DNA of 63,930 nt, filler included, from Thelocarpon superellum (Eukaryota): assembly GCA_026025795.1 (NCBI GenBank). It is 3 parts of 3 records of this genome, joined end to end, with 100 filler letters (N's around TTAATTAATTAA, not from the genome) between each part and the next. Parts side by side here need not be neighbours in the genome. Positions count along the whole stretch, not along the records: positions 24,076 to 47,923 come from JAPEUG010000278.1; 2 more parts are not named here. One strand, written 5' to 3'. The notes under the pieces are model-generated. The model saw only the letters and a list, made by a program, of their open reading frames with translations, did not search any database and was not told the origin of the DNA. How positions within the stretch are numbered: the stretch's first letter is position 1; the number at the start of each line of letters is the position of its first letter. Positions 24,076-37,905 of this stretch are shown here, in pieces. The position numbers were made by a program, and so were the translations under genes.

Positions 24076-24900
24076 CTTTTCCATCTTCATTTGTTTTCAT
24101 TCCTTGGTCACTAATGATTTCCTTGAATCCATAAACATGTACCAGGAGAGAAAGTTCCTATTTCGTACTCATCCACTGTTCTTGGTCCGTTCAATTTATT
24201 CTTCGTCCCTTCCACGTTACATGCTACACGTGACTCGTCGCCGTACAGTGGTTCTCTCAGCGGGTGGGTGGAGATTAGGTAGAAGCTTCGAGAATCCTAA
24301 TACCGTACCCAGGCACCAGGCTCGTAACCACTCGGATCACGACCGACCATCTGGCCCCTCCGAGCTAACCGATGATTGTGGTACTGGCCTGACCACTCAC
24401 ACGAGGCCCAGCACATCGCAGTCCGAGCAAAATAATCGCCCAGTCGCAGCGACGGACGAGGTCGTTGAAAGAGTCACGCATGCTCGGATCATCCTGGCAC
24501 TTCATAACTACGTACCTCGGCGTCCTATCAGGCAACCAGATCTTTCCGCCCAAAGACACCACCGACCAAGTCATCACCGTGCCCACGGCGGACAAAAGCC
24601 AAGGAATTGTCGTGCGTGGTGGACGTGCCGAACCGACGTGGTTAGAGACGCCCGAGCCATCGCCCCATATTGCTCCACCGGTACCGGCCCTTCTTGCACG
24701 AACGGACTGGTCGCCTCGCTCCCTTCCACCGCCTCCCGCCATTGGCTGGGTCCATCCATCGACGTTTCGAATGATTCAGCCTGAGCAATAGACGACCGAC
24801 CGCCCGCCCGGCCACTTGCGCCTTTCCGCGGCCCTGCACGCGCCCACGCCTGCGCCCCTCGCCCGCGCACCACCCGACACACGTCCTATCGTCATTCTTG

Positions 24901-27362
24901 ATGGTGCTCAATAATATTTTCTCCAAATCCAAATCTACCTCCTCCTCGCCAACTGCCAGCACCAAATCCAAGAAAAAGACCGAGGATCCCCTCGACTATA
25001 CGCCGCGTCGCGCCCGCGCCCCGACACCGCCATCACCCTCCAAGAGGTCTTCCCCCACTAGGTCCACACTGCCCTCGTCCTTCAAGCGGTCTTCCCCCAC
25101 CAAGTCCATACCGCCCTCACCCTCCAAGGCATCCTCCCCCACCAAGTCCGGCCGCGAGAGGAGTCCTTGGGGAGCGAGGCCGACGTTGGCACCCTTCGGC
25201 CGCGGCGCCTCCAAGGGCGCGGCCGCCAGCGCCAGCGCCAGCGCCTCGCCGCGTCAAAGCTTTCAGTACGACCGTCACCCGCACCCGCTGAATCTCCCGC
25301 CCGACGAGCTGCGCCGCCGGTCCGCCGCCTCCCTGCCCGTCATGTCCGATCCCCCCATGCCCATGGACGTCGACCACGACGAGCCCGTCTCCGCCGCCCC
25401 TTCATCGCCCGCCGCCCCGCCAGCCTCCTCGCCGCCCGCGCATGGAAATGGCAATGGCGTCAACGGCGAGCTCGAGCCCTCACCCACGCCCCCACCCCAT
25501 CAACATCCCCCGACCCCGACTCCGCCGCCGCCGCCCAAACCCACCATCGACCCGGAAGCCGCCAAAGCCGCGGGCAATAAACACTTCAAGGCCAAGGAAT
25601 ATGGCAAGGCCATCAAGGAGTATACCAAGGGTAGGCGCACGCGATCCACGTGCCCGCACGTCCCCTGCCCCAGACTGATCGCATCGCAGCTATCGAGGCC
25701 GACCCCGACTCGGCCATCTATCTCTCCAACCGCGCCGCCGCCCTGATCTCCGCCAATCGCTTCGCCGAGGCCCTGGAAGACTGCAAACGCGCCAACGACC
25801 TGGACCCGCACAATGCCAAGATCATGCACCGGTTGGCCCGGGTCTACGTGAGTCTCGGCCGCCCCTCCGACGCCCTGGACGTCTACGCCCAGCTCCAGCC
25901 GCCGGCCACGGCCAAGGACAAGGCCGCCGCCGTCACCATGCAACACCACCTCAAGCAAGCCGAGGAGATGATCCGGGAGGGCACCTCGGGCTCCATGGCC
26001 CTGCATGCCCTGGACCAGGCCGATCAGGGCTTGGGCACAAAGGTAGATCGACCTCGGAAGTGGAAGCTGCTGCGGGGCGAGGCGCATCTCAAGATGGGCA
26101 ATGTCAATGCCCTGGGCGAGGCTCAGAACGTGGCCATGTCGTTGTTACGGAGCAACAACCAAGATCCCGAAGCCTTGGTCCTGCGCGGCCGCGCGCTGTA
26201 TGCCCAAGGCGAGAACGACAAGGCCATCCAACACTTTCGACAGGCCCTGAGCTGTGATCCCGACTTCAAGGCCGCCGTGCGCCATCTACGCATGGTGCAG
26301 AAGCTTGAGAAGACCAAAGAGGAGGGAAATGCCGCCTTCAAGGCCGGACGATATCAACAGGCCGTCGAGCTCTATGGCAAGGCGCTGGAGGTTGATGCAC
26401 AAAACCGGGGGACCAATTCCAAGATCCTCCAAAACCGCGCCGTGTGCTTGACCAAGGTGGGCGTCACAAGCGAGCGAACAAAACGTAAGATCCGTTACTG
26501 ACCCCAGGCTAGCTCAAACGATACGACCAAGCCATCGCCGACTGCACCCGCGCCCTCGAACTCGACCCGTCGTACCTCAAAGCCCGCAAGACCAAGGCGA
26601 AAGCGATGGGCGAATCGGGAAACTGGGAAGAGGCGGTGCGGGAACTGAAGAGCTTGGCGGAGAACAACCCGTCGGAACCGGGGATCCAGAAGGAAGTGCG
26701 AAATGCCGAGATGGAGCTGAAGAAGAGCAAACGGAAAGACTACTATAAGATCTTGGGCGTCGAAAAGGACGCGGGCGAGGCGGACATCAAGAAGGCCTAT
26801 CGGAAACTCGCCATCATCCATCACCCGGACAAGAATCCCAACGACGAGCAGGCTGCCGAACGCTTCAAGGACATCGGAGAGGCCTATGAGACGTTGAGCG
26901 ATACACAGTACGTGACAAAGACAAGCGATGACATGGACATGAACCCCGTAACCTCACTGCTATCATCGACGCTAACCGGTGCGGTGCTCGGGTAGGAAAC
27001 GACAACGGTACGATTCAGGTGAAGACTTGATCGACCCGTCGGATCTATTTGGCGGCGGTGGCATGGGCGGCGGCATGGGCGGCGGCATGGGCGGCGGCAT
27101 GGGTGGATTCCCCGGCGGCGGCATGGGCGGCGGCGGCGTGCAGATCGACCCGGAGATGCTGTTCAACATGATGGGAGGCGGACTGGGCGGTGGCATGCCT
27201 GGTGGAGGAGGCATGGGCGGCATGCCGGGCGGAGGATTCCGATTCGCGAGCGCTGGAGGGGGAGGCAATCCCTTTGCCCAGGCGGGCGGTGCGCGCCGTG
27301 GCGGTCGAGGCGGCGCCACGGCTGAAGACGCGAATCCCTTTCCGGGCGGCTTTCCATTTTGA
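24901..27362 (+). CDS. DNAJC7: TPR + J-domain co-chaperone (DNAJC7/Tpr2 family)
   Basis: TPR repeats ([30 protein letters not shown]); J-domain [37 protein letters not shown]-rich tail; introns about 25631-25689, 26457-26511 and 26908-26995. Confidence 0.93.
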
Positions 27363-28399
27363 CGAGCCCATGACCGCTTGTACGCAAGAGGTGCCGACGG
27401 GCATCCGAGACGGAATGGATACATGAGTGGAATTGAAATGGAAATGGAAATGGAAACGGGCGGTGGTGTGAAAGAACGCCCAAAGTACGTTTACCATTTT
27501 TCATCGTCTCTAGACTTGGCTTTGATAGATTGATGGATCATCTGCTACCCATCCATATCCATGTCTTCCTTCAAGTCCACCTTCACCTCTTCTCATTGAG
27601 AATGACAAATCATCCAAGGCGGAACGGGGCGGAGTGGAAAGGAGCGGAGCGGAACGGAACGGAACGGAATGGTTGAGAAATATCATAATACCATACAGCC
27701 CAGACAAGATCCAGACGTTTTCCTCTCCGCTTTCATCACAAATCGCATTCCCATATCGCCTGGCTATCATTATTAGCTGGTGTGCATTCGAAATGCCTTG
27801 GCCATTGCAGTTTGGGCGGCGATGGGATGTTAAGTTTGAGATCTCAACTCGCCACGACCAATGATTCTCAAATACCTGGATGGGTGGCCCGGGTTTCTGA
27901 ATGTTGAATCCTCTCTCGTCGATACCTTGTTGGATTTCCTCCCCATTGTGTAAATACCCTTTCATCAGTCCTGACATCCTTCCCTCCCTCCCTCCCTCCC
28001 TCCCTCCCTCCCTCCCTCCCTCGCCCCTTCCTCCTATTCGTCCAATCTCACTTCTCGTACCTGGGCCTCTCCAGGCTTTTCGCCTCATGGTCTCCGTGTC
28101 CGCGGTCTGGATCCTGCTCCTCCTCGTCCCGCTTACTGTCCTCTACCTCTTCTTCTATATCTGTCCGTTTCCTGTTTTCCTCCGGGTGTCCTTCAGATGA
28201 GTGACTGAATCTACCTCGTCACTATCTTCGTCCTTGAAGTCCTCCTTCTCACCTTCATCTCCCGTCCCTCTCCCTCAGATTCTTCTACTTCTTCTTCACA
28301 GCCTCTCCATCCACCACCTCCTCGTCCTCGTCCTCCCCCGCCTCCACCGCCTCCTACTGCTCCTCGCCCAACAAAGACCCGAAAACGAGCATCGACAGT

Positions 28400-29227
28400 A
28401 TGAGTCCCCCATCGGGAGGAGAGCTCGAGATCCGCGCACCTACACCCGCACCCGCACAAGCGGCCGGGAAGGAAATCTCCGTGGCCCTAATCACGCACAT
28501 CAACCGTCGCTACAACCAACAAACGATCCTTCGACGCCGCAACAAGGGACTTCTCCTCTTCCTCCGCGAGCGCAGCCATCAGGGAACCGTGAGCCTATCG
28601 GACGTCGCGGCCTTCGAAGACCGCATTCGGCGCATCGAATATCGACGTCGTGAACACGTCTTTCTCGACATGGTGACGCGACGGTTCCTGACGCGCGCCA
28701 TGAGGATCCTTCGCCTCGACCGGCCGCGGGGGTGGTGGCGACATCGCGATCGGAGTGGGTGTGAAAGGAGTCGGCGGGTGTGGTTGGACGTTGCCGACCA
28801 AATCTGCTGTCGGGAGCTTGTCGAGGCCCTCGGGTTGCATAGGAGATATTTCTGCTTGGCGCAGAGAGCGGGACAGGTGAGTGAGGTCCGGTTCGATAGA
28901 CGTACATGTACCCCTACCTCTACCTGTACCTGTACTCTCCCCTCGCCTCAGCAGACAATATCATGGAATGGACATCATGGATAGAGGAAAGTGCCGACAC
29001 TGACACGTACACAGTATCTAACTCACAGCATTCGACCCGCCCACGACGATTGGCATGCCTTCGTCACCTTCTTGCAGTCTGACCCGTATCCCGAATCCGG
29101 CGCCTACGACTTCTTCGCGCCTCTTGTTCCCTTCCTCATGGGACACGACCTGGGCGTTCTTATGATGGAGAGAGAGGACTTTGTCTATGCTTGTGGCCTT
29201 TCCGTTGCCGATGCTGCTGCTGCTTAG
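28400..29227 (+). CDS. Hypothetical protein (2 exons)
   Basis: ORF from ATG 28400 to GTGAGT donor at about 28877; CTGAC..CAG acceptor at about 29014 into ORF ending TAG 29227. No recognised family. Confidence 0.5.
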
Positions 29228-29236
29228 CGGCCCCGG

Positions 29237-30457
29237 TCAGACCCCCACGCTGGGCGCGTCGGCCTTGACCAGATCCCAAAGCGCCTCCAACTGCCCCACC
29301 AGCTCTGGCGGAAGAGGACCACGACGAACCTCCCGCACGGCGCTTTCAATCTGCGCCGTCTTGCTCGCGCCCAGAATGACGCCGTCGTCGGCCTTCAATG
29401 CCGAGTGATGTACCACCCACCGCAGGGCCATCTCCGACGACGTCAGGTCCGCTTCCTGCGCCAGCACCCGCATCTTCATCATCGCATCGTGCATCGATGG
29501 CTTGTCGTACCACATCTTGAAGTGGGCCCCGAGGGCGTTCCCCGCCAAGAATCGACTCGCTGTGAGATCTTCGCCGCTCGTGAGCTTGCCTGTTAGAAAG
29601 CCACCTGCTAGTGGGCTGGGAAGAGGGAGGAACAAGGAATACGTTAGCTCTCGATTGCGGCAATTATGTGAGGTTTCATCTCACCTGTATCCCACAAAGT
29701 TGATCTTGTACTTATGGAGAAACGGGAAGAGTTTCTCTTCGGACCCGCGGCAGAAGAGGTTGTACTGTCCTTGATAATAGGTGGGTTTGATGTAGCCCCT
29801 TTTATCACAGATGTCCATCCACTGTTCCAGCATCTCCAGGGTGAAGTTGGATACGCCGAGCTAGGATCGTCATTAGGTGTCGGTCCACGCGCCAGTAAGG
29901 CCAGGTCATGATTCACGGGGAGAGGTTGAGTTAGGCTGGTTGGATAAGAGGGAGGCCACCCACATAAGCCATCCGGCCTTTCTCAAACTGCTCCTGAAAA
30001 GCCGCCGCCTGTTCCTCCAGCGGGGTCTGGTAATCGGGCATATGGCAATAAAGCACGTTGACCTATCGAGCTCAGCAAGGGCAGAAGCACAACGACCACA
30101 ACATGAAGAACTGATCCACCAAGTCAACACACAGACACCAAGTCCACCCACCTTATCCAAGCGCAAGCTGGCAAGACTGTTCAAAAGCGACTCCTCAATC
30201 TTCGCCGGCGCCAACGAGCCCGCGCCCGGCGGAGCCGCCATGATCTTCGTATCGACGACCATCCCACTCCGCTTCACGTCGACGTCACCCAGAAGTTTCT
30301 CCGACTGGCCCGGCGCAGGCGGCGGGTAGCGTGCGGCGGTGTCGATGCGGCCGATGCCACAGCGCTGTGCGGTTTCGAGGGCGCGCCGGACGTCCGTGGC
30401 CGTGCGGAACTCGGCGCCGATCGAGGCGCCGCCGAAGAGTAGCACCGGCTGGGCCAT
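29237..30457 (-). CDS. Aldo-keto reductase, aflatoxin B1 aldehyde reductase (AKR7)-like
   Basis: IDTAARY..SEKLLG..VDTK; GVSNFT; YQGQYNLFCR; SPLAGGFLTGK; ALRWVVHHSALK..GVILGASK..GPLP; multiple introns. Confidence 0.9.
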
Positions 30458-33142
30458 GGCGGCTGCGCTTTCGTGTGGGAGATGAGCCGGATGAAAGGTG
30501 GTTCAGGTTCAGAGAGTCGTGGGTGAGATGAGATGTCCTGAGATGTGATGAAGGTTTAGAGGAGAGAAGAAGAGAGGACTACCAAGATGTCGATGTAGAG
30601 GAGAGAAGCAGACGAAGAAGACGAAGAAGACGAAGAACGGGGAGATCAGAGAGATGGTAGGATGGTAGGATGGCGAAGAGCAGGGCAACGGGAAGTGCGT
30701 AGGCAATCGTAGATAGATGATACCTCCATCCACTTTGAAATATGTTGCATTTCTAATCGTGTCCTACCAGAGATCCTCTGGGAGTCACCCACTGCGCAGC
30801 GTAACGCAACGCAATCTACGCCCTCGTACTCGTGCTCGTACACTGCTCGTACACTGCTCGTATGACAGATACGCCCATGTCGGCGAAATACGGGCTGCAG
30901 ATCGTGGGATGTTCGAGTGAAGCTGCCCCAGCCCTCTCCTTCTCGGCCGAAAAGGCCGTCCGAATGCGAGGTAACGTCAGATGGAGTTCAGAGGCGGTTG
31001 GATGGTTGGTTAGCTGGTGACGCCGTTGCCTCGCGCTGCACTGGCTGAGATGATCTGATCTGATCTGATCGATCAACGCCAACAGGTTGCGCAAACCCTT
31101 GCGCCACTCTAATTTTCTTTTTGGAAAACGCTCATACGGATATACCTACTACTAGTAGGTGATAGGTAGTAGGTATCCAGACGTTTGGATGAGCAGTTGG
31201 ACAGCATCGGCACCCTTCTCGCATGAAGTTACTGCCTAGGCGTGTGTGGGTAGCTCCTACAAGGGATCGTAAGCAAGGGCTCAATAGTGTTGAACCTTGC
31301 TTGCTATAACTAACTTACGTCTCTACCGGCACTGAGGCCCCGGAAAAGCAAAGCTCTCAGGCGCTAAGGCGATAAGGCACTAGAGCACTCAGTCACCAAC
31401 GCGGCAGATCACGCATAGGTTGGTTCTCACGTCGCGGCCTACGCCTCTACCACCACCACTGCCACTGCCACTGGCCAGTGATACAGATTTCAGTCATCTC
31501 GCACACCGCATGGTTGCAGCTACGACGTCCGTGCCGCGCGTTGGTTTACTCTACAACTTGTCTTCAAAGCTTATAGTTACGTAGTTACGGCCGTGACTCG
31601 GATCGGCCTCCTATCACAATCAGTCTATTCACTCCGATCACAATCCGTCTGTTCACCTCACCGTCACACAGCATCACTGTAAGGAAGTGCCCTTCCAAGT
31701 AGTACTCGTAGCTCCGTAAGTCGGAGCTCGCCAGCTCTTTGCGTCTTGTAGCTGTGATCACTCGGTACTACCGTAGGTCTAAATCAAGATCGGTACGACC
31801 ACGGAGATTCATGGACAAAGTATACGAGCAGTACTTGCATTCCATGCGCCGCCTCACATGTCACCCGGAAGTTGGGACACGTCAGACTCAGCGTCTTATT
31901 GTGGACGGGAACGAGGGTCAGCATCCTCGGGGTCCATCACACGCCCAACCAGACGAACACCAATCTGCTATTGCGTCGTGCCTCTTCCTCCTGAGCTTGG
32001 AGACTTACGCGGTGTGAAGAGAGAATAAGCTTCGTAATAGCGATGGTTTGACTAGTCTCGGCGACGGCGTAGCGACGGATTGACCCAGGCTCGCGGGGGA
32101 AAGCGGTGGTAAGTGGTGGGATGAGAGACGCATAGACTGGGCGGGTTACACCTGGAATCCACACCGTGTGAGCATCCTCTTTCATGCCGCGTGGAGTCGT
32201 CATGCCCCATTACGTGCCCGCCTGCAGTCGAGCATTTGGCGCACGTTCACGACCAAGCGATAGATGAAACCACCACTGACCCCTCACCATGCTCACGCGC
32301 CTACCTGCGCACGCTCGTGCGCACGCTCTACCTGCGCGAGCGCCGGGTTCCGATGCCGTGGCATGCGGCGTAGACAATGCCATCTTCGGCGTCCGAGTGC
32401 GAGGTAGACCAGCTGCAACAAAGCCGGCCTTACCCTCCGAGGAGGGAGACGAGATGGCCATCTCTGCCCTCTCTGGGACGCCTTGGCAAAGCCATGCACG
32501 CAGTAGCAGACGCTTTCTGCACCGGATCCCGTGTCTGTGGAGGATGGCGAGGCGTCCGCATCAACTTCACGGATCGATGAAAAGTCATTCTGACACAAAG
32601 GAACCAGCAGCAGGAATGAGCTGGGTCGGTGTAGATCACGGAAGCGGTCGGTGGTGGCGGCGGTGGCGGTAACAGCTAGACATGTTGGAACCTCGGCGGG
32701 CACGGTCGGCGTGGCGCATGGACGAAGGCGGTGTCGCTTCCCTCGTGCCCTGAAGGACCTTCAGGCCCAGCACTGCCTCGCTTCCTCCCATCCTCTCCGC
32801 CAACCAGGGCGCCCCAGCTGCGTGGCCATCCCCTGCCTCGCCCTCGCTCACGCCCGCTTAATTTCTCATGCCCGTTCCAAACGGCGCCCTCCATTGGCCC
32901 CAGCGTCGTCGCTCGTTTCCAGAAGGACGAGTAGGCCACGTCGGAAGGGCGTGAGCGCCCCGCCTTGGGCACGGGGCCTCGCCTGCTGGCAGTGCCGGCG
33001 GGCGCAGATCCTACATAACTACGCCCTGTCGCGCTACGGCGTCGCCGTCATCTCCGCCTCTCTGTCTACCAGCACATCCGCGGGGCCGGCCGCAAGGTAC
33101 GGTACCGCTTCGCCCTGCGCACCGCGATACAAATCGTCCAGC

Positions 33143-34078
33143 ATGTCTCCCCAACGCTTGGAATTACCGCTGCCACCACTCCCTCCTCCCGGCTCGTCGC
33201 CGCCCACGTCCGCTCCACCCACTATGCCCTTGAGCGTGTCCGTCGGCGACATCAGCCGCTTCCACAAACCACTCCCCCGCGATCCCACCTGGGGCGGCTT
33301 CGTTCCCGACCATCGGCCCCGCACCGCTGTGGAGGCTCCTCGCGATTGGCAACATCAGGTCCTGAGCAGCTACCACGACGGCAAACTGGGGGAGAAGCAC
33401 GGCGGCTCCCTCGCCGTCCCCACATCACCACCAGGGAATAGAAGCTCACCGCGTCCCGAAATCCCGCGGATCGAAGCACCTGAGATGGACAGCGATGACG
33501 AAGACCTGGGCGGCATCGACCTCACCAACCTCTGCCCGCCCATTCAGTCACCCTCCTTCTCTCTCTACTCGGAGCGGACTCCGTCGCCACGACCGTCCAC
33601 CCAGCTAGTATGGGACCCTCAGGAGGAGACCTGGCTACGGACGGAGGAGTTTGTACCCCCACGGGCCGGTCTTTCGCTAGGCCCGAGTATGCCACCGAGC
33701 TCGGGTACACCACAAGGCCTGGGATTGGCACCCAGCCCAGGTCTGCCACACGGCCTGGGACTGTCACAAAGCTCCAGTGTGCCGCAGGGCTTGGGGCTGC
33801 GGATGGAGGTGCGATCCCCGCCGATGCCGACGACGCCGCAGTCAACGCAAACAACCATCTTTTTCGAAGAGGAGATGGATCTTCCCGACGAACCACCGCC
33901 ATGTTACGTGCAGAGCCAGTTGGAAGAAGCATCGAGGCGGGCGGCCTTCGGACCCCCGTCGCGGCCTTCGACGCGGCCTTCGACCCCCGGACTCGTCCCC
34001 GACTACCCTCCCAGCGCCGAGCAATCACCTAACACGCGATGGGAGGCGGTGTGGGCACGACGAGTCAGTCGGGCTTGA
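33143..34078 (+). CDS. Pro/Ser-rich hypothetical protein
   Basis: Long open frame; HKPLP motif, LVWDPQEETW, PPPCY, RWEAVWARR; three 12-aa-spaced PxGLGL repeats. Confidence 0.65.
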   Translation: MSPQRLELPLPPLPPPGSSPPTSAPPTMPLSVSVGDISRFHKPLPRDPTWGGFVPDHRPRTAVEAPRDWQHQVLSSYHDGKLGEKHGGSLAVPTSPPGNRSSPRPEIPRIEAPEMDSDDEDLGGIDLTNLCPPIQSPSFSLYSERTPSPRPSTQLVWDPQEETWLRTEEFVPPRAGLSLGPSMPPSSGTPQGLGLAPSPGLPHGLGLSQSSSVPQGLGLRMEVRSPPMPTTPQSTQTTIFFEEEMDLPDEPPPCYVQSQLEEASRRAAFGPPSRPSTRPSTPGLVPDYPPSAEQSPNTRWEAVWARRVSRA

Positions 34079-34856
34079 CCAATCTAAGATCGAGACGCTT
34101 TCACTGCGATCATCGAATCATTCTCCCGGCTTTGGGATCCTCTTGATGGGCTTGGCATGGCCCTTTGGTGACGGAGTTTGATGTCTATGGTACATTTGCA
34201 TGGCGCATGGTGCAGGGTGCAAGGTGCGAGGTGCATGGCGAGGAAATCCAACATTAATTCCCGACAAGAGGGTCTGTTCGACAAAGTTTTTGGCTGCGCA
34301 TTCTATTCCCCCGTTTTGCCTGTACGAGTACGATTTGCTCAGCAGAGCGTGTGTGTATTTATTTGGAAAAGACTATGGAAACTGTTCAAGTTCAAGACAT
34401 CGCCCAAGCCTCACTGGTATTGATCCAAGGTGTAAACGAGTACTCGACCTAGAGTCGGTACTTGGATTCGCCGTCCGTTGTACAAAGCACTCTCCGAAGC
34501 ACTCCGTGACTACGAAAAATAGTTCAAAGCGGTCCGGGTGCGAGGGAGCACGGGAGTCGGGTACGAGGGAGGAGTGGTCGCCAGGTAAGGTTTGCGGGGA
34601 CGGGCCGACCGCCACGCACCCACCACCCAGACAGGACGACGCAAAGACGGGAAGACGTAAGACGTACCCCACCGACCCCACCACCACCATCCATCGATCT
34701 GTTGGGGCCTTGACCCAATGGCTCGAGACGTGGCGTCGAATGGTTTCATCATCTCGCTCGGTTCATTTGCATCAGTAGCATCAACTGCATCAACATCCCA
34801 GCATCCCAGCATCATTCGTTTTCCATCATCGATGTCCCATCATCAACACCCCTGCC

Positions 34857-37231
34857 ATGTCACAACGGACGGTCCATCCGGCCCCCCACGGCCTACCGCT
34901 CGCCCCACGTCTCCTCCCCTCTCCCTTCTCCGCAAGACCCGCGAGCAAGTCTCGGCGCCCACGCTTTCCCTTCTCGCGATCACCTGCACCCCGTGAACGT
35001 GCATCCGAAAGAGTTGACGATCCGAGTCGGCGAGCGTCCCATACCACCACCACCAGCTCCCACAGTACTCCAACGTGGTGGACGATCTATCTCTTCAGGG
35101 GGATGATCAATGATGTGTGCAGACGGGCCCCATTCTATTGGAGCGATTGGAGAGACGCATGGGATTATCGCGTCGTCCCTGCGACGGGTGAGCTTCCCTC
35201 TCTCGAGCTTGACGTTGAACATGGGACACTGCTAAGATATGCTTCGGTATTCGCAGTGTACATGTACTTTGCAAAGTAGACTATGGGCCAGCGTGGTGTC
35301 GCGATGGTCTTCCACTAACCAGACGGCGTAGTATTCTTCCAGCTCTGGCTTTTTCACTGGACATGTGCGTCGCTTCATTCGTCATTCGGCATTCGTCATG
35401 CCAAAGTGGTGGCATCGTTGACTCGTCCATAGGTTCTCCAAAACTGCCATGTCGTATGGCGTCAATGAAGTGCTGCTCGCTTCCGTCTTGGGCTCGGTCG
35501 TCTTCGCCGTCTTGGCCGCCCAGCCATTGGTGATTGTGGGCGTGACGGGTACGTTGGTCCTCCTCACCTCGGTCCACCATACTGAAGGCTGACCCCTCAG
35601 GACCCATCACCGTCTTCAATTAGTATGGCCAGAGTGAGCCATCATCGCGAGAGAGAATGACTGACTGCGTCCAGCACGGTGTACGATATCATGACACCGA
35701 GAGGAACGAATTATCTTGCCTTTATGTGTTGGATAGGCCTGTGCGTGTATCTCCCTGCGCAGTCCCAACACAAGTCCTGCTAATTTCATCCCCCAGATGG
35801 TCCCTAGTCATGCATTGGATCCTCGCCATCACCAACGCCTGTAACGGGCTCACCTACGTGACGCGCTTCTCTTGCGATATTTTCGGCTTCTACGTCGCAT
35901 TCATCTATCTTCAAAAAGGCATCCAGGTCCTCACGCGCCAATGGGCAACGGGCGACACGTCGGCCTACCTATCCATCACCGTCGCTTTACTGGTGCTGAT
36001 GTGTGCATATGGATGCGGCGTCATCGGCTCCAGCAGCCTCTTCCAGCGATACGTGCGCGTCTTCATCAAGGACTACGGCACGCCACTCAGCATCATTTTC
36101 TTCACCGGCTTCGTGCACATCGGACGCATGGGCAGCGTAGAGCTGCAGAGCTTACCGACCAGCCAGAGTTTCTTCCCCACGCTGGACCGCGGCTGGTTGA
36201 TTCACTTCTGGGACATTTCCATCGCCGACGTCTTCCTCGCCATCCCCTTCGCCGTGCTCCTGACCATTCTCTTCTACTTTGACCATAACGTCTCGTCGCT
36301 GATTGCACAGGGCACGGAGTTTCCACTGCGCAAGCCAGCCGGCTTCCACTGGGACTTGTTCCTGCTCGGTCTCACGACGGGCGTGGCGGGCATTCTTGGC
36401 ATTCCTGCCCCCAACGGACTCATCCCCCAGGCCCCCTTCCACACCGCCGCGCTGTGCGTCACGCGGCAAGTGGTGGACGAAGACGAAGCGCACAAAGGCA
36501 AGACCGAGACGGTCGTGGACCACGTGGTCGAGCAGCGCGTCAGCAATCTCGCGCAGGGCCTGCTCACGCTGGGAACCATGTCCGGCCCGCTGCTAGTCGT
36601 GCTGCATCTCATCCCGCAAGGCGTACTGGCCGGGCTCTTCTTCGTCATGGGCGTGCAAGCGCTCCAGGCAAACGGCATCACGGCCAAAATGCTCTTTCTA
36701 GCCCGCGACCGCCATCTGACCCCCGCCAGGGACCCCTTGCGTCGCATCCAGCGGCGCTCGGCCATCTGGGCCTTTGTCGCGCTGCAGCTGCTCGGCTTCG
36801 CGGCCACTTTTGCCGTTACGCAGACGATAGCAGCCGTTGGATTCCCCATCATCATTCTGCTGCTCGTTCCCTCCCGCTCGTTCCTGCTCCCCCGCTTCTT
36901 CCAGACCGACGAACTGGCGGTTCTGGACGCGCCGACTGCCAGTCCATTCACCATGGAATCTGTGGGCGGGATCCATCGAGAGGACGGGGAGAGTGAGGCA
37001 ATGGAACTGCGTAGGGCGGAGCAGGAGAGTTTGGAGATCGAAGAGGGCGTATTTGAGCTGAATCCTTCTTCGTCGTTGGCGGCGGGTATGCACTCAGGAC
37101 ACGATACCGGGGGCGAGAGAACGGGAGAAGGAGGAGGAGGAGGAGGAGGAGGAAGGGAGATAGAAAAGGGGAAGACGGTGATGAGACGACCCAGCGGGAG
37201 TGGGGGCGGAAGTGGGGTCGGCAGAGGATAG
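34857..37231 (+). CDS. BOR1: Boron efflux transporter, HCO3- transporter (SLC4) family
   Basis: RRAPFYWSDWRDAWDYRVVPAT|VYMYFAN|ILPALAFSLDM; AQPLVIVGVTGP; FYFDHNVSSL; GFHWD; PNGLIPQAP; EQRVSN; many introns including 19- and 22-nt mini-exons. Confidence 0.93.
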
Positions 37232-37905
37232 GGTAAGATTACCTTCGAAAACGAGCAGAGTATGGATGAAGAGGGAGAAGTCGTTCTGATTTCCCAAATC
37301 CAACGTGACTTACAGGGACCGTCTTGAAGAGCAATCGATCAACCTATTTGAAAGATCGATGGCTGGGTCCTTGGTCCTGTTACAGCCGGGGGTGCCACCA
37401 AGTACTGAACTTTGAGATGCGTGTCCAGAGACCGAGAGGAGGACGAGGACGAAGTGCAGGCAGAGGAATGAGAAGACAACAATCAAGTTTGTTGGGCTTC
37501 ACACAGCGTCGTAGGAGGAACTTCAAACTTCACCAGTGACCCTCGTTCCCCCTTGCTTCCATTCTCTTCTGTAACCGATTATTCATTCATTTGATTCTCG
37601 TCAGGTACCTGCCGTGCGTCCGTTATCGTCCAGGGCCTGCCCCTCCTCCCCTTCGCCTCTAGCCATGGCCGCAGCGGTAAGGGAAAGAAAAAGGAGTGGG
37701 TGCGGGAGAAGTGAGGCCAAGGCCGTCGAGAGAAAGTAGCCATCCGAGGAAAAGAGGCTGCGGAGAGAAAGAAAAGAAATCCCCGCGGAGAGACATGACC
37801 CGTCAAAAGGAATTAGAACTTTGAGCTGGCGTTGCTCGGAAGAGAGGAGAAAAGGGTCCCGCCATCAACTCTGCCAACTTCCCTGCCTCCCTCGCATGTC
37901 CCGAC

